Shown one piece after another: positions 37,314 to 49,733 of a DNA stretch of 64,000 nucleotides. The DNA comes from Sarea resinae (taxonomy: Eukaryota): the NCBI GenBank assembly GCA_026026165.1, contig JAPEUD010000004.1, positions 62,001 through 126,000 of the forward strand, given 5' to 3'. Position 1 is the stretch's first letter, and every line of letters begins with the position of its first letter. The translations under genes were made by a program, and so were the position numbers. The notes under the pieces were generated by a model, which saw only the letters and a list, made by a program, of their open reading frames with translations, did no database searches and was not told the DNA's origin.

Positions 37314-39482
37314 TCATTCATCCTTCACCAACTCCCGATAGATTGGCGCCCACATCTGCACGCGGATCCACTCGTCCAGATCTTTCTCATCGGACGGAAT
37401 ATTCTTCTCTTGGGCCATCCCCTCATGCACAGCCTGCTTGATGACAGCGGCTGCAATACTAACGCTCAACTCACGTACGTCAGTGACATCGGGGAGTAGC
37501 CCCTTATCCGGATCCTTGAGGGCGGGAGACTGGGCCGCCAGTGCTTTCGTAGCGGCGACCAGGCATGCAGGGCTCAAGATCTTGGTTCGACTGAGGACGG
37601 CGCCGAGACCAATGCCAGGGAAGATTGTTGCATTATTGCATTCGGCTACCTCGTATTTGCGGCCATTGTATTCGACAGGTGGAAAAGGGGAGCCTGTGGC
37701 AATAAGGGCGCGACCTTCGGTCCAGGCGTTAATATCCTTGGGGTCTGCCTCGTGAAGACGGGTGGGATTGCTGAGGGGAAGAACGATGGGGCGATTGGCA
37801 TGGGAGGCCAGCTCGCTCAGAATCTCTTTGGTAAAGGACTTGGGGTGCGTGGAGGTACCAACCAGGACATGTGGGTGGACTGATTTGACTATGTCGAACA
37901 GGTTGTCGTGGGGTTTGTCGTTCCATTCGGCGTCTGGGCGGGCGTAGGGCTGTTGGCCGTGGGTGAGATCTTTGCCGTGCGATTGAAGAAGGAGGCCAGG
38001 CTTGTCAACACACCTAGTCAATTGTCCGAGGTCAGAGGGGATTCTTCAAAGGAGGGTCGAGTTGGCGAGGCAAAGGGGACAAGGAGATATCAAAATAGGG
38101 TTAGGTTCAGGGTCAGGGTTGAGGCACCATATTTGCCTGGCAGCGTCTTCCTTGGACTTTCCGCTATCTGCGGCGATAGCATCTCTGACCTGATCAGCAA
38201 TACCTGTTCCGGCAGTGCCGGATCCATAGATTACCATCCGCATATCTGTGAACTTGACTTTGCTGACATGCAACCCAGCCATGATGGCCGCGAGGGTAAC
38301 GCAGCCAGTGCCCTGAACGTCATCATTGAAGCAGGGAATATGAGGGCTGTACTGATCGAGGATACGTCGCGCATTGTTGAGCCCAAAGTCTTCCTGTGAA
38401 TACGAATTGCGTGAGCGGGCATTTCAAAGCCAGAAAATGGAAACGCCTTACAAAGTGTATGTAAGCTCTTGGAAACAATGCACGCGCTGATTGCACGAAC
38501 TTCTTCACAAACTCGTCGTACTGCTCGCCACGTATGCGCGGTTGGCGCAAACCAAGGTACAGCTTGTCCTCTAGTAGTTCTTTGTTCTGGACGATGGACA
38601 TCAGCGAATACCTCATAAGGCAAAGCAAAAGCATGGCTTATGAGAAGGCATGAAATTTTATCGACCGCAATGTAGAAGAAAGGCAACACACATCAGTTCC
38701 GCAGTCAAGGACTACTGGGAGGGTCCTTGAGGGATGAATCCCGGCACAGAGAGTTACCAAAACCAACTTCGCGATCGATATGAGGATGCCGCCAACTCCT
38801 TGGTCGCCAATACCAAGTATCTGTATCCTTCCTCGTTAGATGGCACGGAGATTTCGAGTTTCAGAAACTAGCCTCTTCACCATCTGTGACCACAATATAA
38901 TCAAAATCTTCCGCAGTTCCCAGTTGGGCGAGATTGTCATGAATTCGGTCCTGATCAAGGATATTCAAGAAACAGCCATCGGGCTTGCGAAAGAGTCTCG
39001 AGTAATTTTGAATTGCCTCTCCTTCAGTGGGTGTATAGATGATGCTAAACATTTCTTTCAAATGATCCAGGATGAGCTGTGGAACTTCAGCTTCAGACCA
39101 ATGACGCCGTATATGGTTTCGCTTACCTTATAATAAAGGACTTCATTCTGCTCCTTCAGACTCGTCATGAACGTATTTTTTCCCAGTGCAGTCGATCGAC
39201 TACTGTACTGCTCATATGCACGATTGACCTGCTCGTCCAAGGTCTGAATGTTGGGTGGTAAAAGTCCATATAGATTGAAATCTTTACGCTCCTTCGAAGT
39301 GAAGGCTGATCCTTTGTTGAGGATGGGTGATTGAAGTAATGCGGCACCCTAGCTGGGAGAGTGAGAAGCTGGCCATCTAGGATTGGGATATGCCTTACGG
39401 ATAAAGAACACTTCAGCGGGCCTGACGTGGACAGGGGGAGGTGCCCAAATTTGGGGTGCTCCTCTTCCAGATTGGCCGCCAT
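37314..39482 (-). CDS. MAE1: NAD-dependent malic enzyme, multi-exon
   Basis: Motifs [84 protein letters not shown] and [14 protein letters not shown]. Confidence 0.95.
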
Positions 39483-41049
39483 CCTGTTGTTGACAGGCAA
39501 GTTTGATGACGATTATACTGAGACGGCGAGAATTATGAGAAGAAGATCGGAGAAGTAGCCATGAAGGAAGGATAAGAATGACAGTAAGATCGCTGTCTGG
39601 ACTGTGGCCTTGTTTACAGGATGCAGGTGTCCCTCGACCCTCGCCTGCCCGATAAGTGGTAGAATGACGTATCATCTATTTAATCAGGTACCTAAGGTAC
39701 CTTAGGTAGGTAGGCAATGGAAGGTAAGCTTAACCACTGCATTTCCCTTGGTCATCAAGTCAAATCCATTATCACCAGCCCACAACATCAGTGTGGTGTA
39801 TACGCTGTACTTCATATATTGCCTGTCTTAGGTTGTGAGGACCAAATAGCATACGGCTCTCGAACCAACTAAGATATCGTCGTAAAAAGCAAAAGACTTC
39901 GAAGTCAATCGAAGCCTTGCAAAATGAAGAGACCGTCTACTCCGGAGTATAGCATCCAAAGCCTTCTCTGCGCCCCCCGGCCGCGTATATCTACCCCGCG
40001 TGCAAGAAACATGACACTTCATATCTTCGAAAAGCTTGTCTTATGATTTGGGGCACTATGAACAACGTAGAAGAGGGAGACAAAGGAAAAATTCTTGCAA
40101 GACAGATCTCCGCAGCTGGACACCGAAGACCATATATGTAGGTACGCAAGGAGACACACCCTTGTAGGAAGCTCGAAGAGCGCAAAGGGTATGTACTATG
40201 AAGGTCCAATTTTGTTTCGCAACGTTTCTTTGAGCAGCTGTCAGCCGCGAGGCCGACAAGCCAAACCAGTCCCCAACCGACTCCACGACAAGACGCCATG
40301 GGGCCAGAGGGCCTTCAAATGAAGATCTCGTATATACCCCTGGGAAGGGAGAAGCGACTGGTCAAGAAGTTGCGCTGGTGTGTATGTATGAAAAACGGAG
40401 AGGTTAGCGCGCCGACTGAGGGCGAAGAGAAAAGACGAGTCGAGCATGTGTGGAATCACTCAGACGCTTCATTGCCTAGTATTGGGATAAACGACGCAGA
40501 CGAATAGAGACGGTCTGACAGTCCGCAAGCATATCTAGAGAGTTGCAGTGGTGTACACCTTGGTATTGTTGCAAAGGGTTCAGATCGAAGTGAATATGAG
40601 AAAGATGGAAAAGTCGACCAGAAAGAAATTACAGTGCGAAGAGCGTCAAGCCATCGATGACTTGCTTAAGGTAGAGAGGAGGTGAGAGGTACTTGCGAAT
40701 CATGGTTTGAAGAGTAGTTTGTGCGAGTACTCGGTACCTGTGCTACAGGTGCCGGTATCAGATCAAATGCATTGAAGCGAAGCAGCGACTGCAGTGCGAA
40801 GATACTTCGTACCTCGTACCGGCGGTGCCAAGACTCGCAATCGCTCGCAATACTCCGAGTACATTCCCAGCCGACTTCACTCCTCTCCTCACGTCACTCC
40901 AGCTGCTTAACCCGGCAATTATCAAGTCAACGTCCTTCATCGGCCATCATCTCTCTCTCAAAGCACCACCTATCACGAGACCCAATCTCGTCTCGATCCT
41001 CGCGCCTCTCACCTCTCGCTGCTTGTTTGCTCGGAAGCCATCACTCAGG

Positions 41050-42627
41050 ATGGGAAAGAAGAAGCGCGGCCATCCCGACGTTGAGGAAATTCTCTCGCGG
41101 CCATGGTGCTACTACTGTGAGCGCGATTTTGACGACTTGAAAATTCTCATTTCTCATCAAAAGGCAAAGCACTACAAGTGTGAGCGATGTGGGCGACGGT
41201 TGAATACAGCCGGAGGTATGACAGTGACCCCCCACTATGAGGCATCTTACCTCGAACCTAGTGGCGCTGACTTTAACCCTTCGTTCTAGGTCTATCTGTT
41301 CACATGAACCAAGTACACAAAGAGAACCTCACGGCCGTCGAGAATGCCCTTCCGAATCGGTCGAGCCCTGATATTGAAATATTTGGTATTGAAGGCATAC
41401 CAGAGGATGTCCTTGCGACACACAACCAACGAGTGCTCAGTCAATTTCACCAGGCCGAGGCAGACAGGCGGCAAGTCACAGGCAATCCCCCTCCAGGTGG
41501 TGCTAGTAACGCCCCAAAGAAGCCGAAGTTCGAGTCGCCGTCTGAATTGAAGAAGAGGCTGGCGGAACACAAAGCAAAAAAGGCAGCCGAGCAAGCCGCT
41601 GGCATTAGCAGCGGCGATGTCACGCCCTTAGGTGCCGCACAAGGGAGCCAGAGCCCAGCATATCCACAGAATGTAGCTCCCTTTGTAAGTTTTCACAGCA
41701 ACCGTACGCAGTCTGAATTACACTAATATCCTTCAGCAGCAAGCCGGTTCACCGTCCTACACGCCGCAACAGCAACCCTACGGAGGTGGCCAGAACCCTC
41801 CTTCATATTCTTCGTATCCTCAGTCATACGGTGAGCATGGACAATCATTCCAGCAACATCAGAATCCCTATCCTCCACAGCCTGGATTTGCCTCTCCCGG
41901 TCAACAGTATCCCGGCGTTCCACAATTCACCCCAGCGCCGCAGTATTCGCCACCAGGTGGTCAACCTTTCGCAGCTCCTTATTCCACCGGTCCACCTCGG
42001 CCTTTAGGCGCTGCATCTCCGCAATTACCGTTCCAGCATGGTCAACAATCGCCAGCGCAGTCCCACACCCCTCTTCAGAACGGCTTGGCCATTCAGCGTC
42101 CAGGAAGTCTGCCGCCAGCCCCTGGGTTACCTTCACGGCCGTCGTTCGGGGTTCCTCAAGTCAATGCATTCCAATTCCAACAAATGCATCAAGGCCAAGT
42201 TTCCGGCCCTCCAAATTCAGCGGCCCACCCAGCCCCTCATACTGGCCACGAAGGGGCAGCGATGCCACATGGCCAGAACGGTCAAGTGGGTCATAGCCCC
42301 GCATCAACAGCTCCCAATCTCGTATCCAATTCTCCTCAACAGCCCAACGAGAATGCTCCTCCGGTTGCCGAGTATGCCGCCAATGCCGTCAATGAAGCCG
42401 GAAACGCGGAGTCGAAGGCGGCAGCTCCGGCAGTAGACAAGAAAGCCAAGAAGGACAAGTCCACCAAGCTTATGTACTCAGATAACGAGATCAGTCCGGA
42501 AGAGAAGATGGCCAAATTGTCTAGGTACGCATTCGTTCCCGACGATAAAGGAGAGTCTGTTCTAGGAAACGCTGTCGAGGCAACCGTCACCGGCGTGGTG
42601 GATGATCAAGCTATAGATGAAGCTTAA
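41050..42627 (+). CDS. ZNF207: ZNF207/BuGZ-like C2H2 zinc-finger protein, 3 exons
   Basis: [71 protein letters not shown], a Pro/Gln-rich middle and a C-terminal [13 protein letters not shown]. Confidence 0.92.
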
Positions 42628-42726
42628 TCAAAGTTTCTCCTTATCGCACCAGCTCTTACCATTGGCCAAAAAATCGAAGGTAAAGTACTCATCGATGTCT
42701 GGGCGTGGAAATGTGGCGTAGGGGCG

Positions 42727-42775
42727 CAGAGCAGAGCAGAGCATAGCAGAGCATAGCAGAGCATAGCAGAGCAGA
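42727..42775. repeat. GCAGA/GCATA pentanucleotide tandem repeat
   Basis: Read directly from the sequence, just downstream of the ZNF207 stop. Confidence 0.8.
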
Positions 42776-44346
42776 AGCTAAGTGATGACGGAGCTTTTGT
42801 GCAACTACATCTCTCTCATCTTTCTCCTTTTTCAACATTGATATCGCGCAGCTGCGTTCATCGGGAGCTTGGCGGGGAGGGATTAGTTACCGGGCCGATT
42901 AAGTCGCACACGCACTACACTGCGACTTTTACCGGTGAGTAGTCAATGGCGTTGGCTCCGCTGTGGGATGATGGGGCTCAGGCTGATAATGGTGTTCTGT
43001 CTGGGAGGAAGAGCATCATGAAGGATGTGTCGCCGACTCACGAGATCTTTCCCGTCTACTCTATCACGCACAAACACTTGTGCCCGGTTTGCCTGGCCTG
43101 GCTGTGTCTGATTAAAACTCGCATGTAAGTCTTTATCAAATGGTTGCTTGGATTATCTTAGCGCGTCTTAGAAAAGTGGAAATGAATTATTTAAATTCTG
43201 GATCTTCTTTGTTGGTGCATGTTTTGAACTGGTTATCTAAAAGCACGGTAGCGTAACCTCCCCCTCGCAAACACCTTCCACTACCCCCCAATAGCACCTA
43301 TAGAAGAATATGCGAAGCATTCATTGGCGCAACTCCAGTATTATTAGATAGTATAGGGACCATAAGTAACAATTCGGTTTTCTGGTGCCGTGCAACCGAT
43401 GATTTGCGGCACCTGTCAGCAGCACCTTATACGGTAGCTGAAGCTGGGGTTGAGGACGGCCTTTGCTTATGAAATAATCCTCGAGACGGCGAGGTTAGGT
43501 AAGGTAAGGTAGGTAGCGAATTTCCATTGCACTCTACTGCACATACTATGGTACGTCAGCTTTCGAAAGACTGTTTTTCTTATCAGGTAGGCTTGGATAT
43601 TAGGTATTTACTACCTAGTAGTTAGTATACTAGAGTCTTCGCTCTACAGCGAGCAAGGCCCTGTGTCGTAGGTATTGTCTCCTAAACATGAACGCCCAAA
43701 AGGCGATGGACCCGGCGACAAGCAGAAGATGCCAGAACCCCAAGGGTTCCACCATAATAAGAGGCATTGAGTGAGTAGATGGATGATGGATAGTGGAAGA
43801 TGGGTTAGGGGTGAGAGTTGTTTGCGATCGCCGGTGCATTCACTGCTCCAGGCGAGAACCATAACACCCCAGAAACACTTTGGTTCAAGTGATTCGAGTA
43901 TTGAGTGTGTAGATAATAGCCCGAAAGGATAGGAGCTGACAGCCTATTAGCTCACGGCAATTTTTCCAAAGGGAGCGCCCTCTGAAGGGATATCAGTCTG
44001 TTCGGCTGTATATTGTTTCTCGACACGATAGATTGTGAGATAGTGGATAGTGGATAGTGGATGGTTTAATATAGATGTTAGCAAGGTGGAAGGTAGCATT
44101 ATTACTCTTTTTCCTCAATCTTACGGCCATATCTGCTCTGTTGAGCTATATCCTGATCGATCTGAAATTGCTCCCAGTCCTGTTGCCAAATCGCCCAGCT
44201 AACCAGGTAATCAACCATCATAAGACCATCCACTTCTCTCTTGTCTCTGGGTACTTCAATCAGTTCGAGAAGAATCTTGATTCTTTTCTCTTCTCTGCTT
44301 CTCGAGATATTACTCAAAAATGGGTACTTCATACTCTCAGTCGAGG

Positions 44347-45197
44347 ATGGAAATAAGTGTCATCCTGGCTATCGGAATACTAGGCTGGAGCGCAGCATTG
44401 TATCTCTACTTTGCCAGAGGACTGTCTTCATTTTGGATCCCACGCATGCTACTGATGCATCCTTCGGCCCTCCCCTCGCTTATACGCAAGCATGCCATCC
44501 TTCTCATTGACCGCCACCGACATCCTCGTAAGGAAGAATTGGCCATGGCTCGACGTCTTCGACGCTCCCCGATTCTCAAGCTACCACCTGAGCTTCTCTT
44601 CGAGATTCTGCGCTACCTTTCACCCAGCGCGATCCTCGCATTCCGGCAGTCTAGCAGACATATCTTTCTCAGCTCTGGATACGAGCCCCTCATGCGCGGC
44701 GTCCGGAAGGGTTTGAAGATCGATCATGTGGAGATGGGAATCGTCCGAGGCAGGGAAGAGAAAGCCAAGCTCAAGGATTGGAGAATTATCCCTTGCGATT
44801 TACTCCCAAAATACTGGTGCTCTTTTCATTGTAAAGATGAGGCCGAGCTACATTTTGCGTACCGCGAGCTTTCAAAAGCGGCCGAACGCAGGATCTGCGA
44901 GGCGAGGCTGGTCATAATGCAAGAGAAAGAGAGTTTAAGAAGATGTGTTGTGAAGCACGATTCGAGAGAGAGGACAAACTCAAAGACCGCGATCGATTGA
45001 TATGCATGGCATGCAGAACATGGCATTATAAGGAATGGTTTACGCCTGAGCAAGCAAAGACGCCCGTGCTTAATAGAGTATGTCCTTATCCAAATTACTA
45101 TGGAGATAAGAAAAGAACAATCGATATACGTTTTGGGTCTTCGCGGGTCCTTTCTCTATGGGAAAGGTCGAATCAAGAATGGAGGGGCACTGATTGA
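44347..45197 (+). pseudogene. F-box protein with an N-terminal hydrophobic segment, frameshifted near 44910-44945 (pseudogene or sequence error)
   Basis: F-box SPILKLPPELLFEILRYLSPSAILAFRQSSRHIF. First Cys motif WCSFHC..F..RELSK..RRIC is in frame; a second copy LICMACRTWHYKEWFTPEQ..NRVC lies in another frame. Confidence 0.65.
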
Positions 45198-45626
45198 GTT
45201 CTCCTAGGGACTTTCAAATGGGAGTAAGGCTGTCAGATACATCGCATGTTGAAAATCAGCCAGCATACAAAAGTCAAGGCCTTGCTCGATTGCAGCAGAG
45301 AGGGTGTAGGGCAATGCGATTTCCTGGACGGGCTGATCTGGCTGACCCGGCTGATCGAGGATTGGCATACCACGGCAAGATTCTATCAAAATTCTTAGTT
45401 TCAGACTTCTGATCTCTAGGATTCTCAAATCGTTGAAGAGTGAAGGGGCCTCACTATATGTCCAGTTTCCCGGATGATATGCACCGCTACTTCGGAATTT
45501 ATGCTCGTCTTAGCTTCGCCTTTCCAGACTACTAATCACCAGCACTGCGAAGAAGTGCGAGCTCGCGATGGTGGTCCCTATCTATCTTCAGACAGAGGCT
45601 CCCTACGTGCAGTTAGCTATTGGATC

Positions 45627-46715
45627 CTAGATATTGCGCTCTCCCTCTAGCATCTCCTCGAGAAATTCATCACCAGGCGTTAACAAGTGGTTACTTACTT
45701 CGACATTGGTTTCTTCATTGAGGCCAGCGTCTGGTTCTGTTAACCCAACCCCTTCCTGGCGAGCCCCAACGGCGCCACCGCCCCAGGAAGAAGTGTGTCG
45801 CTCATCGTAAACGGCAGAGCGGGGACTCTCTTCTATGTCGACTTTCCCGGAGTTCCGGATCCCAGAGGCACCGTCACTACCGGAAGGAGAAGCCCAATCT
45901 CTGGTCTCGATCACCCGCTGTCCCTCTTATTCCCTGAGATCGCTGGTCGCAGCGGTGCCACGATTAGCAAGAGAAGATTTCCCTTCAACAACGGCAGAGG
46001 AAGGGGAACTTACGGGATTGACCAGTCTTCGGTATTGTCTTGGGTGTTCCCGGTGGAGAAAGCGCCCGAACTGTCGGCCTACATAGTAAAAAAGGTCCCT
46101 CGCCAACGCTCCCCAACATTGCGGAGACAGCGTTTTCTAGGATGGACATATTGGAATGATTCGACGGTATTTGGTGAAAGGCGAATAAGAAAAGCAAAAG
46201 TGGAGGGAATCGAGAGAAGTGTTGGTTGATGAAGAGGATCGAGAGGGTGTGTGTTTCTTTTGACTAGTCTTTAGTAGTAATCTGGGCGTTCCTGTTGGAG
46301 AACACGCCTGAACTGTCGGCCTACATAATACAGTAGGTCCCTCGCCAATGCACCCAGCAAGGTGGAGATGGCGTTTGCTATTATTGAAGACATTTTCGAA
46401 TTGATCGACGATATTCAAATCAAAGGAGATTAATAAGTGAGAATGGGGGGGATGAGGAGGTGTGTTTGTTTTTGATGAGATCGCACTCTCTATGATGGAC
46501 ATATTGAAATTAATCGACGGTATTCAGGTAGAGGGAGAATAAGAGAAGCAATCGTGGATAGAATCGAGAGAAGTGTTTGTTGATGAAGAGAATCGAGAGG
46601 AGTGTCCGTTGTGAATGAAGAGAATCGAGAGGAGTGTTTGTTTATGAAGAGAGCAAAGAGACTTTAGTGACGATTTCGGCGTTTTGAATGGCAACCTAAT
46701 AGCGCGTCGCCGCAT
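45627..46715 (-). pseudogene. Decayed orphan ORF with an internal tandem duplication
   Basis: Peptides SSSTNTSLDSxHxCFSYSP, NMSIxExAxS and GEGPxxLCRPTVxAxSPxGTP each occur twice, across frameshifts and stops. Confidence 0.5.
46040..46600. repeat. Degenerate direct tandem duplication
   Basis: About 46040-46140 matches about 46282-46380, and about 46141-46245 matches about 46493-46598, e.g. gatggacatattg..cgacggtatt..gaatcgagagaagtgtt.gttgatgaagag.atcgagagg. Confidence 0.85.
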
Positions 46716-47130
46716 TGAGAAGTCATGGCCTGTAGGTCGAGCTCCTTCTCAAAACCGTTGCGATCCTACTTGTCGTCCTTGACTATCCGATCCAAGTAGC
46801 TGAGCATGATACCTTCCATATTACGAATTGGGTACGATGCCTTATTGGTGCTGCAGCACCTCAGTGCCCTCTCTATAGAGTGTAGAGCCATCTATCCCTT
46901 ACCATACTCAATATGACGTTTGAGAAGAGCAACGGGTGGTTTAAGACTTGATCCTGGAACTAATTCGGGATATCGATGTGCTCTTTCGATGATCATCTTC
47001 TTTCATAAACGTCGCCACGGGACAAACCTTCTCGCCCTAACCATTCTTGCCATGAACGCCATCGAAAGACCTGTCTCAACCGTCCATCATAAATCCATCG
47101 GGCGCACTTTGTTTTCGCAAGCACGGTGAC

Positions 47131-48871
47131 ATGTTCTTCCCTCCAATTCGGCGGGCACTCGTCCCTGCTCTGATTCTGCTTGCCATTGTCGTCTTTTATA
47201 GATCTTCTACCGTGCTCGGCACCTTCCATCGACTTGCTGCTCGTCCAACGCCAGGAATCCGAGTATCAATTGTACCATTCCGTCACGGGTCAGATATTCA
47301 CTTGGGGCCCATTCTCCATGACCACTACAGCTTCGGCAGGAAATCAAATTCGACCACCACAGGAGGCCCTCTCAATGGATCGAGCTGGCAGCGGCCAGCC
47401 TCTAATCCTTATCTTGCGCCCTTGTTCAATTGTCCTACTCCGCCAAATAAGCACACCAATCATATCCGGCTAAACAACATTATCCGCAATATCTCATTGA
47501 TACCTGCCGTGAGCCTGACCGCTGAGGACCAACGCCAGTTCTGGAACCCAAGTGTCATATCTCTGCCCTACTGGTCGCAAAATCAATACCTGATTGTCAG
47601 CAGAATCGTGACAGACGGGCAGCACCATGAGAACGTCCTTTGTGAAGCAAATGTTTGTTTCGTGGGTTCTGGAGTAGGAAGGCCGGTTGGAGAAATTCCC
47701 TGCACTCAGGATGACATTAGAGTCTTAGGGCCAGCTGGTGGCATGAGGTGCGTGACAGAGCCGACCTTGTTGAAAGTTCCGCCAACGCCTGCCGCCAAGT
47801 GTGAGGGTGAATTTGAGATCTTCGCGGATGTACCTGGCTTTCACGATCCAAGAATCTTCTGGAGCGGTAAGGGTGAACCCTTAATGATGGTGAACACCCA
47901 GTAAGCTCCAACTCTAAACTCAGTTGTTGCTCTGCCTTTAGAGGACTCACTATCCTTTCAGGTCACAATATTTCTGTTATGGACTCTGGGTGATTGATCT
48001 ACGTCCTCTTCACAGACCACTGATAGATCTGCTCGCATCTTCGCCGATGAATCCTTCCTTAGGCCCGTTGATGTCTTATCCTTCACTTACAGAACTCACC
48101 CGCAACCCCGCAGAAGTGAGACTCCCCATTGAGAAGAACTGGATGTTCTTTTTTCCGGGCCAAGAAAGCTATCTCCATTACGAGATATCTCCGCGTCACG
48201 GCCGTAGCTTCGCTAAACTCATCGGCGCTGGTCTGACAACGAACAACCTCACCGACCCGCTCGAGATACCCTGCTTGACCGAGGATTCCGTCAGATCGCT
48301 TGGCAGTGGACTCGGAAATGCAACGAAGATGGGTAGCAGCGGTGGCGGTGTGTGGCATCAGGCGTCGAACTCTCTGCGACTGGTTCTTTGTGAAAGGAAC
48401 GATGCCAATTGCAAGCCCAACGACGAAAACACGGTCTTCTTCGCCGTCGCTCATCAAAAGTACAACAACCCGCTCCATCTCCCACTCCGTTACGAGCGCT
48501 ACTTCATTGTTTGGTCCGCTGCGTCACCCTTTGCAATGTTGGGGGTCTCGCGCCATCCTCTCCTCTTGGCCAACGAAACGGCCACCGGATGGACGGCCGC
48601 GCAAAACAGGGAGGGTGATAGTAATATCAGCGATGATGGCAATCTGGGCAAAGATCAAAAGGGCTCCTCTGGCTGGGCGGAATTCACATACACGGTCAGC
48701 ATCGCATATGCATGGGGTAGGGGGGGCGACGAGGCGATATGGAAGAATACGGGCTTTTTAGACGACGAGGTCGTGCTGGGCATCGGAATTGATGATAAAG
48801 GACAGGGCTTCGCAAGCGTGAAGACGAGAGATCTTTTACAGTGCTTGAGAGCTTGTCCAGGGAGCAGATAA
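47131..48871 (+). CDS. Type II membrane or secreted protein resembling beta-1,2-mannosyltransferase (GT91) / GH130-like beta-propeller, 2 exons
   Basis: N-terminal anchor RRALVPALILLAIVVFY; motifs WNPSVISLP, FHDPRIFW and IEKNWMFFF; intron 47902-47961. Confidence 0.65.
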
Positions 48872-49733
48872 ATTCCTGCTGACAGTGAAAGGGGTTGATT
48901 GGGACTAAAATGAGAAGAGAGGGGAGATTCAGGTGGGTATCTCAGTGATGATAGGTCTGTAGTGGAAGGAAGCCCCGTAGCAAGAATGCGGTTGATTATT
49001 TCTTTGATCTCGGTGGGAAGTATAGCTCCTCGTTAGCTACCGTGGCTGTCTGGCTCCTGAATTGACGCTCAATGTCGGATTCTCTACCTCGATCGTTGCT
49101 TGAAGTTGTTCGTGCCGTGGATGACATTGATACTATGAGTACTCGGGAGTATCTCAGGTGCGTTGGTCTACTCCGTAGGTTGGTCTAGACCGATGGAGGG
49201 AGGAGGTACTTGGGTACTCGCTTGCGCCGTATCAATGTCTACTCGGAGTACCTGGGCAGGTGTGGGTGACACGGCAAAACTGCAAGTATCTCTCCGCAAC
49301 GCCGAGCGAGTTGGCGGGCGAGAGCGACATCACCACCCATCACCGCCTAGATCTCGCTTGGCCCTCCAATATCTCTGCCGTGCATCCGTTCGAGAAAGCT
49401 CAACGGTCTCTGAAGCAGAATAGAAAAGATTTCCCTACCGTCTCCGATTTCCGTATATCTGCATCAGGCCATGAATGCATCTCAATCGCGGTGATTTGAC
49501 GGTATGACATGCTGCCGTCCAGACGACCCTCAACTGGCCTTCTGCTGATATATCACCATCACCGCTGTAGGAGGCGCATGAGGTTTACAGTTCCTTGACT
49601 CATATCTCCGCCAAGTCGCTGAGCAGACGGCTCCCTTGCCAGAGGCTCCCTCGGAGCTGCGCATCCTATCTGGAAGTTTGCAACCCTGGACCGTCCATAG
49701 CATCTCTCGCGAGCCCGTCCTGCCCATTCAAGT

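Noticed and set aside
38095..38122. Telomere-like tagggttaggttcagggtcagggttgag in a malic enzyme intron
   Set aside because: No perfect TTAGGG tandem; too short and degenerate to call an interstitial telomere.
44075..44356. Signal-peptide-like ORF upstream of the F-box gene
   Set aside because: Could not be joined convincingly to the F-box frame, and no homology was recognised.
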